Shown piece by piece: positions 46,724-59,054 of a stretch of 64,000 nucleotides of DNA; positions within the stretch are counted from its first letter, which is position 1; the number at the start of each line of letters is the position of its first letter. The DNA comes from an uncultured Candidatus Saccharibacteria bacterium (lineage in GTDB: Bacteria > Patescibacteriota > WWE3 > UBA101185 > UBA10185): assembly GCA_964567095.1 (NCBI GenBank), contig CAZMKN010000001.1, positions 11,675 to 75,674 of the forward strand. Reading direction: 5' to 3'. The position numbers were made by a program, and so were the translations under genes. The notes under the pieces are model-generated. The model worked only from the letters and a program-made list of their open reading frames with translations. It had not been told where the DNA came from and made no database searches.

Positions 46724-48190
46724 TCATTCTAACATACTGGGTTTTAGTTTTAAGGCTTTTTGCATTAATTTTTCCCCCTTTTCTACTTCTCCGGCTTGCT
46801 TATATGTATTTCCTAAGTTGTACATTGCTTCGGGATAATTAGGTTCTAACTGCAACGCTCTCTGAAAATTATGGATTGATTTTTCCAGATCTCCTTCCAA
46901 ACCGTAAACGTCACCTAAATTGTTATAAACCCTTGGACTATTGGGATTTGTTCTTGCTGTGGCCTCCCACAAGGTTTTTCTATTTTGCCAGTCTGCGTTC
47001 CTGAGAATGTCTTTGTAGAAGTAAAGACTCATGATAATAATGGTAATATAAAGCTCCGCATTTTTAATTCTCGTGTTCTTCGCAAGATTTTCTATTGTTA
47101 TTGCTAAAAGGATTGTGAAGAATAGTGTTGGGAGGTAAAGATATCTATCGGCAATGTACCAGGATACTTGAATAGGGCTAAAGGTGGGAAGCAGGGTAAG
47201 GTATATTCCGATAAGGAGCCCCGCTTTTTTATAGTGACGTTTTTTAATCCAGTAAATTATTAATATGGTAGAAACTATAGGTACTGCTATCCCAAAAGTG
47301 ATAAAACTGGGCCTTACGACCTCGCCTTCGTGATAAATGGATAGGTCTTTGGGATAAAACAGTAATTTTGTAGCGCTTCCCGCTGTGTATGCAATTCTAT
47401 TTATATATGAGGGTTTTTCTGCTAAAAAAGCTTCTGTTGGGCCTGAGACTTCTGTTCTCATGAAGTGAACTCTTGTCAGAATTTCCTTGTGGTAAGCGAC
47501 ACCTACAAATAGGATGGCCAGTAAAAAGTAATATATTGGAGCCACTCTTTTTGTCAATTTTTTAATTCTTTCCCACGGTTTTAGAAAAAACAGTTCCGTA
47601 GTTACTATTAGGAATGGAAGTACTAGTGCCCACGCACTCCTTTGAGTAACTAACCCCAGACTAAAGAGTAAAAGCGAAGCGTACAGAAAGATTTTATCTT
47701 TTTTCCGTCGGAACTCTAGGTATAGAAGCATGTTAATCAGAATTACTGTTGTATTAAATAAGTAGTGCCTTCCGGAAATCCAACTAACGGGTTCTGTAAC
47801 TACCGGATGTACGCAAAAAAGACTAGAAGCTATGTAAGCTATTCTCTTGTTTTTGAATATTTTCAATGTGAGGAAAAAAGCTAGGAGGCAGTTTATGTTG
47901 TGTATTATCACAGCTAAAACGTGTAGAGGCGTTGGATTTAGCCCAAAAAGTTGATACGAGATTGCGTACGTTAACCTATTTACCGAGAATTCTTTAAGAT
48001 TTAACAGTCTTCCGATATAATGGTACCTATCGTTTCTTACAAAACCGGCTATGTCATCGGAGACAAATCCGTTGTCTAAAACAGTTGCGAACGTTAGCCA
48101 GCAAATTATTGTTAAGATAATCAAGAAAGGTAGGTTTTCCTTTATGACTTTAGGTGTTTTGCGGAATATTCCATAAATTTTTTGTTTCAT
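46724..48190 (-). CDS. GT-C-fold glycosyltransferase-like membrane protein with C-terminal TPR repeats (TMTC/PMT-like)
   Basis: About 10 TM helices, then the TPR block NLGDVYGLEGDLEKSIHNFQRALQLEPNYPEAMYNLGNTYKQAGEVEKGEKLMQKALKLKP. Confidence 0.5.
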   Translation of the reverse strand: MKQKIYGIFRKTPKVIKENLPFLIILTIICWLTFATVLDNGFVSDDIAGFVRNDRYHYIGRLLNLKEFSVNRLTYAISYQLFGLNPTPLHVLAVIIHNINCLLAFFLTLKIFKNKRIAYIASSLFCVHPVVTEPVSWISGRHYLFNTTVILINMLLYLEFRRKKDKIFLYASLLLFSLGLVTQRSAWALVLPFLIVTTELFFLKPWERIKKLTKRVAPIYYFLLAILFVGVAYHKEILTRVHFMRTEVSGPTEAFLAEKPSYINRIAYTAGSATKLLFYPKDLSIYHEGEVVRPSFITFGIAVPIVSTILIIYWIKKRHYKKAGLLIGIYLTLLPTFSPIQVSWYIADRYLYLPTLFFTILLAITIENLAKNTRIKNAELYITIIIMSLYFYKDILRNADWQNRKTLWEATARTNPNSPRVYNNLGDVYGLEGDLEKSIHNFQRALQLEPNYPEAMYNLGNTYKQAGEVEKGEKLMQKALKLKPSMLE

Positions 48191-48254
48191 CTCCTATATA
48201 TTATCTTAAAAATAGCACTTCATATAAATTCTTTTTTGAGATAGAATATGCCTG

Positions 48255-48863
48255 ATGGAGAACGTAGTCAATCCAGGGAAAAATAGTGCTCACACTTTAG
48301 GATCTGAGGATAGTGAGAAGCCTTCGGTAAAGTCTTTTGTACTCGAGTTGCTTGAAAGTTTCCTTAGTTCAATGCTTGTCCTTTTCCTTTTATATAAATT
48401 TGTCGCAATGCCCGAAGTTGTTCACGGTGCTAGTATGTCCCCGAACTTTGAAGATAGCGAAAGAGTATTAATGGAACGTATAACTAGATACATAAAGCCG
48501 TTTGAAAGAGGCGAGGTTGTTATACTACATCCGCCGGATAATCCACGCATCGACTACATAAAGAGAATAATAGGTCTTCCTGGAGATATAATAAAAGTTA
48601 AAGACTGCCAGGTTTACATAAATAGAGACGGCAAGAAATTCGTTCTCGAGGAATCATATTTGCCGAACGATGTTTGTACCGTAGAGGGCCCACAATTAAG
48701 AGAAGGCCGTTCCCTGCGCTTAAAAGACGGGGAATTTGCAGTAATGGGGGATAACAGGATCAACTCGTTGGATTCTAGGGTTTTCGGCGTAGTAAAAGAG
48801 AAAAACGTTCTTGGAAGAGTTGTTTTTCGCTTTTGGCCTTTTGATCGTCTTGGCTTTCTGTAG
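48255..48863 (+). CDS. lepB: signal peptidase I
   Basis: S26 motifs GASMSPNF (Ser box), IKRIIGLPGD and GDNRINSLDSR. Confidence 0.8.
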   Translation: MENVVNPGKNSAHTLGSEDSEKPSVKSFVLELLESFLSSMLVLFLLYKFVAMPEVVHGASMSPNFEDSERVLMERITRYIKPFERGEVVILHPPDNPRIDYIKRIIGLPGDIIKVKDCQVYINRDGKKFVLEESYLPNDVCTVEGPQLREGRSLRLKDGEFAVMGDNRINSLDSRVFGVVKEKNVLGRVVFRFWPFDRLGFL

Positions 48864-48883
48864 TTGTTGTGATAACATTCTTG

Positions 48884-48912
48884 TTGACACTCTGGAGGTA
48901 GTATGTTAAATT
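48884..48912 (+). promoter_or_regulatory. candidate sigma70-type promoter for rpoB (TTGACA-17-TAAATT)
   Basis: TTGACA at 48884-48889, a 17-nt spacer and TAAATT at 48907-48912, ~90 nt upstream of rpoB. Confidence 0.3.
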
Positions 48913-48999
48913 CCTCTTTGTCCAAGAAGGTGTTACGTCAAGAGTCATTTTGAATTTGATCTAGCAAAGGTAGCTTTAGTTTCTGAAAATTAAAATTTA

Positions 49000-51900
49000 A
49001 TGCAAGAGTATAATTTTTCCAAAAGAAAAGATGTCTTACCATTACCTGACCTTTCCGCTGTACAACTTGAGTCGTATGAGTGGTTTTTAAGCGAAGGTAT
49101 ACAAGGTGTATTAGATGAATTAGGTACTATTGAGGATATTTCAGGTAGAGGTTGGGTTCTTAGTCTGTCCGATTCGCAGTTTCAGTCCCCAAATATTCCA
49201 TTAGAAGAAGCTTTAAGAGTAGGTCGCACTTTCGACGCTCCTTGGTACCTGAAAGCGACTTTGAAGGATCCGATAAATAAAACCGAAAAATCCCAAGATG
49301 TATATATGGGCGATATTCCATTGATGACTGGTAGGGGGACTTTCATTATTAATGGCGTAGAAAGAGTTATAGTAAATCAACTTATTCGTTCCGAGGGCGT
49401 TTTGTTTACGGGGGAGGTTTCTTCAGTAACAGGCCAATTATTGGGCGGTGCGAAAATTCTTCCGCAGCACGGAGTTTGGCTAGAGTTCACAACTTCTAGG
49501 GGCGGTCAATTGAGCGTTCGAATAGATCGCAGGAGAAAGCTTTCCGTAACGACCTTATTGCGTGTTTTCGGGTTGGAGTCAGATGAGGATATTTTAGATG
49601 CATTTGCTGAAGTGGAAACGGACCCGGAGGTAAATTATATCGAGAGATCCTTAGTTAAAGATCCTTCCTCTACTTATGACGAAGCTTGCCTAGAGATTTA
49701 CAGGAAAATTAGACCGGGCGAGCCTTTAGTATTGGAGAACGCCAAACTTTTGGTGAAGGAGACGTTTTTTAATCCTAAACGTTATAGTCTTGGAGAGGTT
49801 GGTAGGTTCAAGCTTAACCAAACGTTAGGTTTAAACTTCCCAAACACTCCCGAAGGACGCGTGCTGCAGCTGGAGGATTTAATCAAAATCATTTCCCGCG
49901 CAATTCAAATGAACAATGGGATTGGCACGATTACTGATATAGATAATCTTGGTAATCGAAGAGTGAGGCGTGTGGGAGAGCTTCTACAAAACAGAGTTAG
50001 AGTTGGCTTTTTGAGGCTAGCTAGGAACGTCCGTGGAAGAATGTCCTTGCAACCTAGGGATACTTTACCTAACCCCGCAGGACTCATTTCCCCCAAAGCC
50101 GTAACCGCAAATGTTCAAAGCTTTTTCGCTACAGGCAGGCTTTCCCAGTTTCAAGATCAGCAAAACCCTCTTACATCCTTGGCCCATATAAGAAGACTCT
50201 CGGTTTTAGGTCCTGGAGGTTTAACAAAAGAGAGGGCAAGCATGGCTGTTAGAGATGTTCATTATTCCTCATTTGGAAGGATTTGTCCCGTTAGAACTCC
50301 GGAAGGTCCAAGTATCGGCCTTATTAACTACTTGTCCATGTATGCCAGGATTAACAAATATGGGTTTATTGAAACTCCTTATATAAAGCTGGAGAAGACC
50401 GAAAAGGGGGTTCTCGTCACTAATAAAATCGAGTATTTGGCTGCTTACGATGAAGAAGACGCAAACATTACAGACGCTTCTGTGGCTATCGGTAAAGATG
50501 GTTTTATCTCCGTAAAGCAGGTTCCGCTAAGGCATCATGGTGACTTTTTCTTGGGAAATACTACCGACGCAGAGTATATGGAGGTTATTCCTAAGCAGAT
50601 AGTTGGTATTTCTGCTGGGCTAATACCATTCTTGTCCAATGATGATATAACGCGCGCGTTAGTGGCAGCCCAACAATTATCTCAAGCTGTTCCTTTGATT
50701 AGTCCCCATGCGGCTACAGTTGTTACAGGTATCGAAAAACCTGTGGGGGATAATTCCGGAGCTGTAATAAGGGCAAAAAACGGTGGTACCGTAGCGTATG
50801 CTGATGCTAGAGAGGTTGTTGTTAAATATAAAGGCGATAAGAAAAAAACTACTTATCATCCAAGTAAGTTTGTAAAATCCAATGTTTCAACAAATTATAA
50901 TCAGGAAATTCGTGTTGAAACGGGTCAGAAAATAAAGAAAGGGGACATTTTATATGAAGGTCCGGCTTCAGAAGATGGTTATATTTCTCTCGGAGCTAAT
51001 GTAAGAGTTGCGTATATGATTTGGGAGGGCTACGAATTTGAAGACGGTATTGTGCTTTCGGATCGTTTAGTAAATGATGATGTTTTGACTTCAATTCATA
51101 TCAACGATTACGACGTATCGGTAGTAGAAACAAAACTTGGGTTGGAAGAATTAACATCGGACATTCCTAATGTAGCGGAATATGCGCTGAGGAATTTGGA
51201 CGAAGACGGGATAGTTATAATGGGGTCCGAGGTTAAATCGGGAGATATATTGGTGGGAAAGGTTGCTCCAAAGGGTGAGGTTGATCTATCAGCAGAGGAA
51301 AGGCTTCTGAGGGCGATTTTTGGTGAGCAGGCAAAGGAAGTACGCGATACTTCGTTGAGAATGCCGCATGGGGCTCATGGAGTTGTTATTGGTGTGAAGA
51401 GGGTGAGTCGAAAGGACAACGACAAACTTCCGGTTGGAGTTTTAGAAGAGATTACGGTTTATGTTGCAGAAAGGCGAAAAATAAGCGTAGGAGATAAGCT
51501 TGCCGGGCGCCACGGTAATAAAGGTGTTATTTCTGCAATAGTTCCTCAAGTTGATATGCCTCATCTAGAAGACGGCACTTCTGTGGATGTGATTTTTTCC
51601 TCAGAAGCTGTTTTGAAAAGAATGAACATAGGTCAAATATTGGAAGCTCCTTTAGGTTTGGCCGGTCGTAAGCTGAATAGGCGTTATATAGTTCCCCCCT
51701 TGGAAATAGTTCCAGAAGCAGAAATTACGCATCAACTTAAAGAAGCTGGTCTCCCTGCTACCGGAAAGTTTAAGTTAATAGATGGAAGAACGGGAGAATA
51801 TTTTGCTAATGAGGTTGTCGTTGGTGAAACTTATCTTTTGAAATTAGTTCACATGAGTGAGGAGAAAATGCACGCACGTTCCACCGGGCCTTATTCCTTA

Positions 51901-52305
51901 ATCACGCAACAACCCTTAGGAGGCAAGTCTCAATTTGGTGGGCAACGCTTAGGAGAGATGGAAGTCTGGGCTTTGGAAGCATACGGCGCTTCACACATTT
52001 TAAAGGAAATGCTAACTATTAAGTCAGATGATTTGATAGGTCGAACAAAGGCTTATGGCTCAATTATAAAAGGTACGCCGATCGCGGACTCCACCGTACC
52101 AGAAACTTTTAAGCTAATGATTCGCCAGTTGAACGGCCTGTGCCTTGGTTTGGAGCCAATAAAATATGATGTTGCTGACGAAGATACGGGAGAGGATCTA
52201 TCCCAGCAGGAAGCATCGGTAGTAACGGATCAGGAGGCCGCTAAGGAGTTTTTCAAATCGGGGGAAAGCACGGGTCTATCGAAAAGTTTGGAGGAGGAAG
52301 CTTAA
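49000..52305 (+). CDS. rpoB: DNA-directed RNA polymerase subunit beta (compact, 1101 aa)
   Basis: LSALGPGGL, GRHGNKGV and ...QRLGEMEVWALEAYGA. Confidence 0.95.
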   Translation: MQEYNFSKRKDVLPLPDLSAVQLESYEWFLSEGIQGVLDELGTIEDISGRGWVLSLSDSQFQSPNIPLEEALRVGRTFDAPWYLKATLKDPINKTEKSQDVYMGDIPLMTGRGTFIINGVERVIVNQLIRSEGVLFTGEVSSVTGQLLGGAKILPQHGVWLEFTTSRGGQLSVRIDRRRKLSVTTLLRVFGLESDEDILDAFAEVETDPEVNYIERSLVKDPSSTYDEACLEIYRKIRPGEPLVLENAKLLVKETFFNPKRYSLGEVGRFKLNQTLGLNFPNTPEGRVLQLEDLIKIISRAIQMNNGIGTITDIDNLGNRRVRRVGELLQNRVRVGFLRLARNVRGRMSLQPRDTLPNPAGLISPKAVTANVQSFFATGRLSQFQDQQNPLTSLAHIRRLSVLGPGGLTKERASMAVRDVHYSSFGRICPVRTPEGPSIGLINYLSMYARINKYGFIETPYIKLEKTEKGVLVTNKIEYLAAYDEEDANITDASVAIGKDGFISVKQVPLRHHGDFFLGNTTDAEYMEVIPKQIVGISAGLIPFLSNDDITRALVAAQQLSQAVPLISPHAATVVTGIEKPVGDNSGAVIRAKNGGTVAYADAREVVVKYKGDKKKTTYHPSKFVKSNVSTNYNQEIRVETGQKIKKGDILYEGPASEDGYISLGANVRVAYMIWEGYEFEDGIVLSDRLVNDDVLTSIHINDYDVSVVETKLGLEELTSDIPNVAEYALRNLDEDGIVIMGSEVKSGDILVGKVAPKGEVDLSAEERLLRAIFGEQAKEVRDTSLRMPHGAHGVVIGVKRVSRKDNDKLPVGVLEEITVYVAERRKISVGDKLAGRHGNKGVISAIVPQVDMPHLEDGTSVDVIFSSEAVLKRMNIGQILEAPLGLAGRKLNRRYIVPPLEIVPEAEITHQLKEAGLPATGKFKLIDGRTGEYFANEVVVGETYLLKLVHMSEEKMHARSTGPYSLITQQPLGGKSQFGGQRLGEMEVWALEAYGASHILKEMLTIKSDDLIGRTKAYGSIIKGTPIADSTVPETFKLMIRQLNGLCLGLEPIKYDVADEDTGEDLSQQEASVVTDQEAAKEFFKSGESTGLSKSLEEEA

Positions 52306-52306
52306 A

Positions 52307-55300
52307 ATGAAACATTTGAATGGTTTGAGGGATTTTGATGCCCTAAGAATATATCTTGCCTCAAGCGAGGAAATTTTATCTTGGTCTTATGGCGAGGTAA
52401 CGAAACCCGAAACCATTAACTATAGAACTTTTAAGACAGTTCGTGGCGGGTTGTTCGATGAAAAAATATTTGGGCCGACCGCCAATTTTGAGTGTTATTG
52501 CGGAAAATATAAAGGTATCCGTTATAAGGGCGTGGTCTGTGATAAATGTGGTGTTGAGGTGGCTCATTCGCGTGTTAGACGAGAACGCATGGGACATATA
52601 AATCTTGCTTGTCCCATAGCTCACGTTTGGTTTTTTAGGGGAATTCCCTCTAAGTTAGCTTACCTTTTGGATGTTTCCCCCAGAAAAATTTCGTCCGTGA
52701 TTTACTTTTCTTCATATATTGCGACCTCTATTGATGGTGAGATGCGAGCAAAAGCCATTTCCATGGTGGAAACAGACGCGCAAAGTGCTCAGAAGAATTA
52801 TGAGGAGGTTTTGGAAAAGAAGGTAGGAGAAGTTCAAAAAGATTTTGGCGAAAAAGCAAAGGAATTCAAGGGAGATGATTTAAAGGAACGCGAACACTCT
52901 CTTAAGTTGCAACAGAAAGTTCAATCTCTTCGTATGAAGGGTTTAAGAGATTGGGAAGAGCAAGAGCAGTTCTTTAAGATTATTCGTAAGAAAATTGAAG
53001 GAATAGAGAAGTTCTCAATAGTGGACGATGAGGAATATTTGCAAATGAAGCGTTATGTAGATGTTTTCGCGGGTATGAGAATCGGTGCGGAGGCCGTAAA
53101 GTATATATTGGAACACATGGATTTGGACGAAATTGCTTTGGAGTTGACCGAAAAATTGGAAGGCAGTCGCAGTAAAACTAAAACAAAGAGGATGGCTCGA
53201 AGATTACATGTTATAGAGCAGTTTAGAAGCTCGGGGATAGATCCGGCAAATATGGTATTGGATGTTTTGCCCGTTATTCCAGCTGATTTAAGGCCTTTAG
53301 TTCAGCTTGAGGGCGGCAGATTTGCTTCCTCTGACCTAAATGATTTGTACAGGGCGATAATTAACAGAAATAATCGTTTAAAGAAACTTATGGAAATCGG
53401 TGCTCCAGAGGTCATTTTACGAAATGAAAAACGAATGCTTCAAGAATCTGTGGACGCTTTTATTGACTCCTCTAAACAGAGAAATGAAGGTCGCTCTCGA
53501 AGAGGCGCAAAGAAACTCCGTTCCTTGGCCGACATGGTTAAGGGTAAACAAGGAACCTTTAGGTTGAACCTTTTGGGTAAGCGCGTAGATTACTCTGGTC
53601 GCGGAGTAATCGTAAACGGTCCGAAATTGAAGTTGGACGAGTGTGGTATTCCCAAAGAGATGGCGCTAGAACTTTTCAAGCCGTTTGTTTTGAGGAGTTT
53701 AATGGAAAAGGAGTACGCCCCGAACATAAAAAGCGCTCGTAGGGTTCTTAATGATAGAGGTCCGGAAGTTTGGGAAGCTTTGGAAAAGGTAGTTAAAGGC
53801 CATCCGGTTTTATTAAATCGTGCTCCAACACTTTGGAGGCTTGGAATTCAGGCTTTTTACCCAAAATTAGTTGAGGGGGATGCTATTCGTTTACATCTCT
53901 GTGTTTGTTTGGGATTTAATGCAGACTTTGATGGGGACCAGATGGCTGTCCATCTGCCTTTATCTGAAAAGGCTATAGAAGAGGCACGTACCATTATGTT
54001 GTCTACGCAGAATTTGCTAAATCCTTCTAATGGATCTCCTATTTCTGTTCCCAACAAGACTCTGTTATTTGGAATTTACTATATGACCTCCGTGGACGCC
54101 AAACTTAAAATACCAGAAAAGATTTTTGGGAGTAAAGAGGAATTATTTTACAACATGAATATTTCAAATACGGTAAGTCTTCGTCAACCCATTAAAGTTT
54201 TATTTGATGGTTCTATCGTAGAGACAACCCCAGGTAGGCTTTTATTCAACGAGGTAGTTCCGGAATCCTTTGGGTTCATAAACGAGGCCATGCCTATGAC
54301 AAAGGCGCATGCCCTACTTTCCAGAGCATTTAAGGAGGAGCCTTTAGAAGTAGTCATTAAGCTAATAGACGATATTAAGGATTTAGGTCTAAGGTATGGA
54401 ACCAAGTCGGGCCATTCAGTGGCTTTGAGCGATATTGAAGTTCCAGAGGAACGTGAGGCATTGCTTCAGAAAGGTAGAGATTCTGTGGTTAAGATTGATA
54501 AGAACTTTAAACGTGGTTTGATAACAAGTATTGAGGCTCAAAGGTTGACAGAGGATATTTGGAACGAGATAACCGCAGATGTTGATGAAGCCGTTTGGGC
54601 AAATCTAAAAGAAGATAATCCCGCAAAAGTTTTAGTAAACTCAGGGTCAACCCGCGCATCTCGAGCTCAAGTAAAACAGATAGCGGGTATGCGAGGACTA
54701 ATGACTGATCCTACAGGTAAGATTGTACCGATGCCTATTTTGGGTAACTACAAGAATGGTCTATCCGGTTTGGAGTACTTTGTTGGTGCTCGGGGAGCTC
54801 GTAAAGGTCTAGTAGATAAAGGTTTAAAAACAGCTGACGCGGGTTATTTAACCAGAAGACTTGTTGATGTTTCACAGGATTTAATTATTCGTGAGGACGA
54901 TTGCGGCACTACGGAGGGGCGCCTGGTAGAGGTTGGGGAAAGTACCGTTCTTCAGTCCTTTAAGGAACGTTTTGCAGGACGATATTTAGCTAAAGACATA
55001 AAGGAAGGTAATAGGATTTTATATAAATCCGAAGTATTGTTGACAGAGAAAATTCTGGAGGAGATTGAAAAATCGAAGGTTAAACAAATAATCATTCGTT
55101 CACCAATGTCTTGTTCTGCTAAACGAGGTATTTGTATAAAGTGTTATGGGTTGGATTTGATGACTGGGGAGCCAATCAAAATTGGATCTACTGTAGGTGT
55201 CCAATCAGCTCAGTCGATTGGTGAGCCGGGAACTCAACTTACAATGCGCACATTTCATACAGGAGGTATTGCGGGAAAGGATATTACACAAGGACTCCCG

Positions 55301-55987
55301 CGCGTAGAGGAGATCTTGGAAGCGCGAACACCGAAAACCCTATCCATAATGAGTGAACTCACGGGTTCCGTTAAAATCATAGAAACTGGAGACGAAAGAA
55401 AGATTTATATTACACCAACTGAGGGGAACAAAAAGGATAGTATTGAGTATATGGTAGATCCTGTATCTGAACTTACTGTGGAAGATGGCCAGTTGGTTGC
55501 AAAGGGCGACAAATTAACCGAGGGGCATTTGGATCTTGGAAAACTCATAAATGCGGTGGGGCCGCGCGATACACAAAAATATGTTGTAAACCAAGTTCAG
55601 AAAGTCTACGCCTCTCAAGGGGTGGCGCTTAACGATAAACACATAGAAGTTATTGTGAGTAAGATGTTTAACAATTTTGAGGTATTAGATGCAGGTGATA
55701 CTGAGTTGATGCGAGGGAATATTGTTACGGTAGATACATTCAGGGATCAAAATGCTTCGGTGATTGCCCAGGGAGGCGATCCGGCAAAGGGTAGACAAGT
55801 CCTCTTAGGTATAACCAAAGCGGCCTTAAATACCGACAGCTTTCTATCGGCAGCCTCATTCATTTATACTAGCCGAGTCTTGACGGATGCTGCCTGTTCT
55901 GGTAAGGTCGACAAGCTCTTTGGTCTAAAAGAAAATGTAATTATCGGTAATTTAATACCGACCGATGGGAGAGCACGATTAGAGTAA
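52307..55987 (+). CDS. rpoC: DNA-directed RNA polymerase subunit beta' (1226 aa)
   Basis: Zn-finger CYCGKYKG...CDKCGVEV and the catalytic NADFDGDQM. Confidence 0.95.
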   Translation: MKHLNGLRDFDALRIYLASSEEILSWSYGEVTKPETINYRTFKTVRGGLFDEKIFGPTANFECYCGKYKGIRYKGVVCDKCGVEVAHSRVRRERMGHINLACPIAHVWFFRGIPSKLAYLLDVSPRKISSVIYFSSYIATSIDGEMRAKAISMVETDAQSAQKNYEEVLEKKVGEVQKDFGEKAKEFKGDDLKEREHSLKLQQKVQSLRMKGLRDWEEQEQFFKIIRKKIEGIEKFSIVDDEEYLQMKRYVDVFAGMRIGAEAVKYILEHMDLDEIALELTEKLEGSRSKTKTKRMARRLHVIEQFRSSGIDPANMVLDVLPVIPADLRPLVQLEGGRFASSDLNDLYRAIINRNNRLKKLMEIGAPEVILRNEKRMLQESVDAFIDSSKQRNEGRSRRGAKKLRSLADMVKGKQGTFRLNLLGKRVDYSGRGVIVNGPKLKLDECGIPKEMALELFKPFVLRSLMEKEYAPNIKSARRVLNDRGPEVWEALEKVVKGHPVLLNRAPTLWRLGIQAFYPKLVEGDAIRLHLCVCLGFNADFDGDQMAVHLPLSEKAIEEARTIMLSTQNLLNPSNGSPISVPNKTLLFGIYYMTSVDAKLKIPEKIFGSKEELFYNMNISNTVSLRQPIKVLFDGSIVETTPGRLLFNEVVPESFGFINEAMPMTKAHALLSRAFKEEPLEVVIKLIDDIKDLGLRYGTKSGHSVALSDIEVPEEREALLQKGRDSVVKIDKNFKRGLITSIEAQRLTEDIWNEITADVDEAVWANLKEDNPAKVLVNSGSTRASRAQVKQIAGMRGLMTDPTGKIVPMPILGNYKNGLSGLEYFVGARGARKGLVDKGLKTADAGYLTRRLVDVSQDLIIREDDCGTTEGRLVEVGESTVLQSFKERFAGRYLAKDIKEGNRILYKSEVLLTEKILEEIEKSKVKQIIIRSPMSCSAKRGICIKCYGLDLMTGEPIKIGSTVGVQSAQSIGEPGTQLTMRTFHTGGIAGKDITQGLPRVEEILEARTPKTLSIMSELTGSVKIIETGDERKIYITPTEGNKKDSIEYMVDPVSELTVEDGQLVAKGDKLTEGHLDLGKLINAVGPRDTQKYVVNQVQKVYASQGVALNDKHIEVIVSKMFNNFEVLDAGDTELMRGNIVTVDTFRDQNASVIAQGGDPAKGRQVLLGITKAALNTDSFLSAASFIYTSRVLTDAACSGKVDKLFGLKENVIIGNLIPTDGRARLE

Positions 55988-55989
55988 AT

Positions 55990-56409
55990 ATGCCAACTAT
56001 AAATCAGTTAGTAAAAAAGGGGAAAAGGGATCGTAAAAATAGAAAGGTTAAAACACCCGCTTTAAAGAGTGTTTACAATTCTTTGTCTCGCGTGAGTAAA
56101 CCGGCTATTGCCCCGTTTAAAAAGGCTGTCTGTTTGCAGGTCAAGACAATGACTCCAACTAAACCTAATTCGGCCTTGAGAAAGGTTTGTAGAGTAAGGC
56201 TTTCCAATGGAGATGAAGTTACCGCCTATATTCCCGGAGAGGGGCATGAGCTACAAGAGCACTCTGTGGTTATGGTTCGTGGCGGCCGTGTAAAGGACCT
56301 TCCCGGAATAAAATACACTTTAGTCAGAGGCGTTTACGATTTGGGAGGGGTTAAAGACAGGGCTTCCTCACGTTCATTATATGGTACTAAGAGGTCAAAG
56401 GAGAAGTAA
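55990..56409 (+). CDS. rpsL: 30S ribosomal protein S12
   Basis: [10 protein letters not shown]...PNSALRKV...[12 protein letters not shown]. Confidence 0.95.
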   Translation: MPTINQLVKKGKRDRKNRKVKTPALKSVYNSLSRVSKPAIAPFKKAVCLQVKTMTPTKPNSALRKVCRVRLSNGDEVTAYIPGEGHELQEHSVVMVRGGRVKDLPGIKYTLVRGVYDLGGVKDRASSRSLYGTKRSKEK

Positions 56410-56414
56410 GGATT

Positions 56415-56879
56415 ATGAGAGGAAAAACCGCTAAGAGACGTGAAGTAAGTCTTGATCCTGTTTACCACTCTGCCGTAGTTACTAGGCTGGTAAATAAGGT
56501 TATGCTTAATGGCAATAAAACACTCGCTCAAAAAATGGTCTACGAAGCTATTTCTAAATTAGAAAAAGACAAGGACAGCTCTCTTAAAGTTTTTGAAAAA
56601 GCAATAAACAACGTAATGCCGGTTAAGGAAATTCGATCTAGAAGAGTCGGAGGAGCGACATATCAAGTTCCGTTACCTGTAAAGCATTGGAGATCAGAGG
56701 CCTTAGCTATACGTTGGATAGTAGAAGCGGCTCGCGCCAAAACAGGTAAGACCTTTTCGGAGTTTCTATATCAAGAATTGAAAGCCGCGAGTGTGGAAGA
56801 GGGAGATGCTGTAAAAAAGAGATCCGACATACATAAAATGGCCGAAGCCAATCGTGCTTTTGCACATTTTGCAAGATAA
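56415..56879 (+). CDS. rpsG: 30S ribosomal protein S7
   Basis: ...LVNKVMLNGNKTLAQK...RRVGGATYQVP... Confidence 0.95.
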   Translation: MRGKTAKRREVSLDPVYHSAVVTRLVNKVMLNGNKTLAQKMVYEAISKLEKDKDSSLKVFEKAINNVMPVKEIRSRRVGGATYQVPLPVKHWRSEALAIRWIVEAARAKTGKTFSEFLYQELKAASVEEGDAVKKRSDIHKMAEANRAFAHFAR

Positions 56880-56894
56880 GGTAAAATATCCCCT

Positions 56895-58979
56895 ATGGCA
56901 AAAACAGAAAATACGAAATATCCTTTAGAGAGGATTAGAAATATAGGAATAATAGCTCATATTGACGCCGGTAAAACGACTACGACAGAGCGCATCCTGT
57001 ACTATACAGGGAAGTCCCATAAAATAGGGGAAGTTCATGAGGGCGCCGCTCAAATGGATTGGATGGAGCAGGAAAAGGAACGTGGAATTACAATACAGTC
57101 AGCTGCTACTACTTGCTTTTGGAAAGACCACAGAATTAATTTAATAGATACTCCCGGACATGTGGATTTTACCGCTGAGGTAGAGAGATCCCTTCGCGTT
57201 TTAGATGGTGGCGTAGTTTTATTTGATGGGGCTGCCGGGGTTGAGCCTCAGAGTGAAACAGTGTGGCATCAGGCGGAAAAATATCATGTACCTCTGCTTT
57301 GTTTTGTAAATAAACTTGACAAGATGGGCGGGGACTTTTTAATGTCTTTGGATTCTATAAGAGATAGACTTTCTCCAAATGCATATCCTGTGCAGTTACC
57401 AATCGGCATAGAGGGGGACTTTAAATCTGTAATAGATTTAATTGAACGCAAGGTTTATACGTTTACTGGAAAGTTGGGTTCTGAGGTAAACGAAGCCGAT
57501 ATTCCGGAGGATATGAAGGATTTAGTAGAGAAATATCGCGCGGAATTGGTGGAGAAAGTGGCGGAATCAAATGATTCCTTGATAGAAAAATTTCTGAACG
57601 GCACAGAGTTAACTATCGAAGAAATAAAATCCGGTGTGAGAAAAATGACGATAAGCGCACAACTGTATCCTGTTTTTGCCGGTGCCTCCCTACCCAATAT
57701 TGGTGTCCAAAAGCTTTTGGATGGAGTTGTGGATTATTTGCCTTCACCTAAGGATGTTGGGGAGATAACGGCTTACAGGCAAGATACTGGAGAGAAAACT
57801 ATGTTAAGTCCGGAAGAAGATGGGCCTTTTGTTGCGTTGGCTTTTAAATTGCAGACCGATCCCTATGTTGGACGCCTCACTTACTTTAGGGTTTACTCAG
57901 GTTCCGCGAATGCCGGTTCATATATTCTCAACTCTACTCAAGACAAGAAGGAAAGACTGGGTCGCGTTATTTTGATGCATTCCAATAAGCGAGAAGAGAT
58001 TCAACAGATACATGCTGGGGAAATTGGTGCAGCTATCGGATTGGAAGTGAAAACAGGGGACACACTCTGTTCAGAGGAAAAACCTCTTATTTTAGAGTCC
58101 ATCACTTTTGCAGAGCCGGTCATCGGGCTTGTTGTAGAACCCAAAACGAAAGATGATAGTGGTAGGTTGGGTAAGGCGCTAAAAAAGCTTTTGGAAGAAG
58201 ATCCGACACTGAAGATAAAATCAAACCAAGAGACGGGACAGACTGTTTTGTATGGTATGGGAGAGCTTCATTTGGAAATTATTGTTGATCGTTTGAAGAG
58301 GGAATTTAATGTTGAGGTTACAACCGGCACCCCCCAAGTAGCCTATAGGGAAAGTATCAAGAAGAAGGTAGAACAGGAAAGTAAATATATCCATCAATCA
58401 GGAGGGCGCGGGCAGTACGGACATGTTGTTATAGAGGCGGAGCCTTTGAGTCCCGGTGAGGGCTTTATCTTTGAGGACAAAATACGGGGCGGGGCAATTC
58501 CTAAGGAGTATGTCCCGGGTGTAGAGAAGGGGGTTAGAGAAGCTCTTGAGAGCGGTGTGGTGGCAGGATATCCGGTTGTGGATGTAAAGGTGAGTTTAGT
58601 TGATGGATCCTACCATGAGGTTGATTCCTCGGAGCTTGCCTTTAAAATAGCTGCGTCCGATGCTTTTAGACAGGCGCAAAAGAAAGCAGCGCCTTATTTG
58701 AAGGAGCCTATTATGAAAGTGGAAGTTATCACCACCGATGATTTTATGGGAGACGTTATCGGTAATCTTTCCGGTAAACGGGGAAAAATTTCTGGTACAA
58801 AAAAGAGGGGGCAAGCCACTGTGATATCTGCAGAAGTTCCGTTGGCGGAAATGTTTGGGTATGCTACAGTACTAAGAGGTATGACACAGGGGAGAGCAAG
58901 CTTCATGATGGAGCCCATCCATTATGCAGAGGTACCGGCTAATTTAGTTCAGGAAATGTCCCCAGGAGATACCAAATAA
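56895..58979 (+). CDS. fusA: elongation factor G
   Basis: [28 protein letters not shown] and other EF-G domains. Confidence 0.95.
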   Translation: MAKTENTKYPLERIRNIGIIAHIDAGKTTTTERILYYTGKSHKIGEVHEGAAQMDWMEQEKERGITIQSAATTCFWKDHRINLIDTPGHVDFTAEVERSLRVLDGGVVLFDGAAGVEPQSETVWHQAEKYHVPLLCFVNKLDKMGGDFLMSLDSIRDRLSPNAYPVQLPIGIEGDFKSVIDLIERKVYTFTGKLGSEVNEADIPEDMKDLVEKYRAELVEKVAESNDSLIEKFLNGTELTIEEIKSGVRKMTISAQLYPVFAGASLPNIGVQKLLDGVVDYLPSPKDVGEITAYRQDTGEKTMLSPEEDGPFVALAFKLQTDPYVGRLTYFRVYSGSANAGSYILNSTQDKKERLGRVILMHSNKREEIQQIHAGEIGAAIGLEVKTGDTLCSEEKPLILESITFAEPVIGLVVEPKTKDDSGRLGKALKKLLEEDPTLKIKSNQETGQTVLYGMGELHLEIIVDRLKREFNVEVTTGTPQVAYRESIKKKVEQESKYIHQSGGRGQYGHVVIEAEPLSPGEGFIFEDKIRGGAIPKEYVPGVEKGVREALESGVVAGYPVVDVKVSLVDGSYHEVDSSELAFKIAASDAFRQAQKKAAPYLKEPIMKVEVITTDDFMGDVIGNLSGKRGKISGTKKRGQATVISAEVPLAEMFGYATVLRGMTQGRASFMMEPIHYAEVPANLVQEMSPGDTK

Positions 58980-59000
58980 TATAAAGTTTCGCTCTTTTTG

Positions 59001-59009
59001 TGGTATTAT
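59001..59009 (+). promoter_or_regulatory. candidate extended -10 element (TGgTATTAT) upstream of tuf
   Basis: tgg-TATTAT lies ~45 nt upstream of the tuf ATG in the AT-rich fusA-tuf spacer. Confidence 0.25.
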
Positions 59010-59054
59010 CAAAAACATTAAAGATTAATTAGTAATTTATTTAGAAAGGTAATT

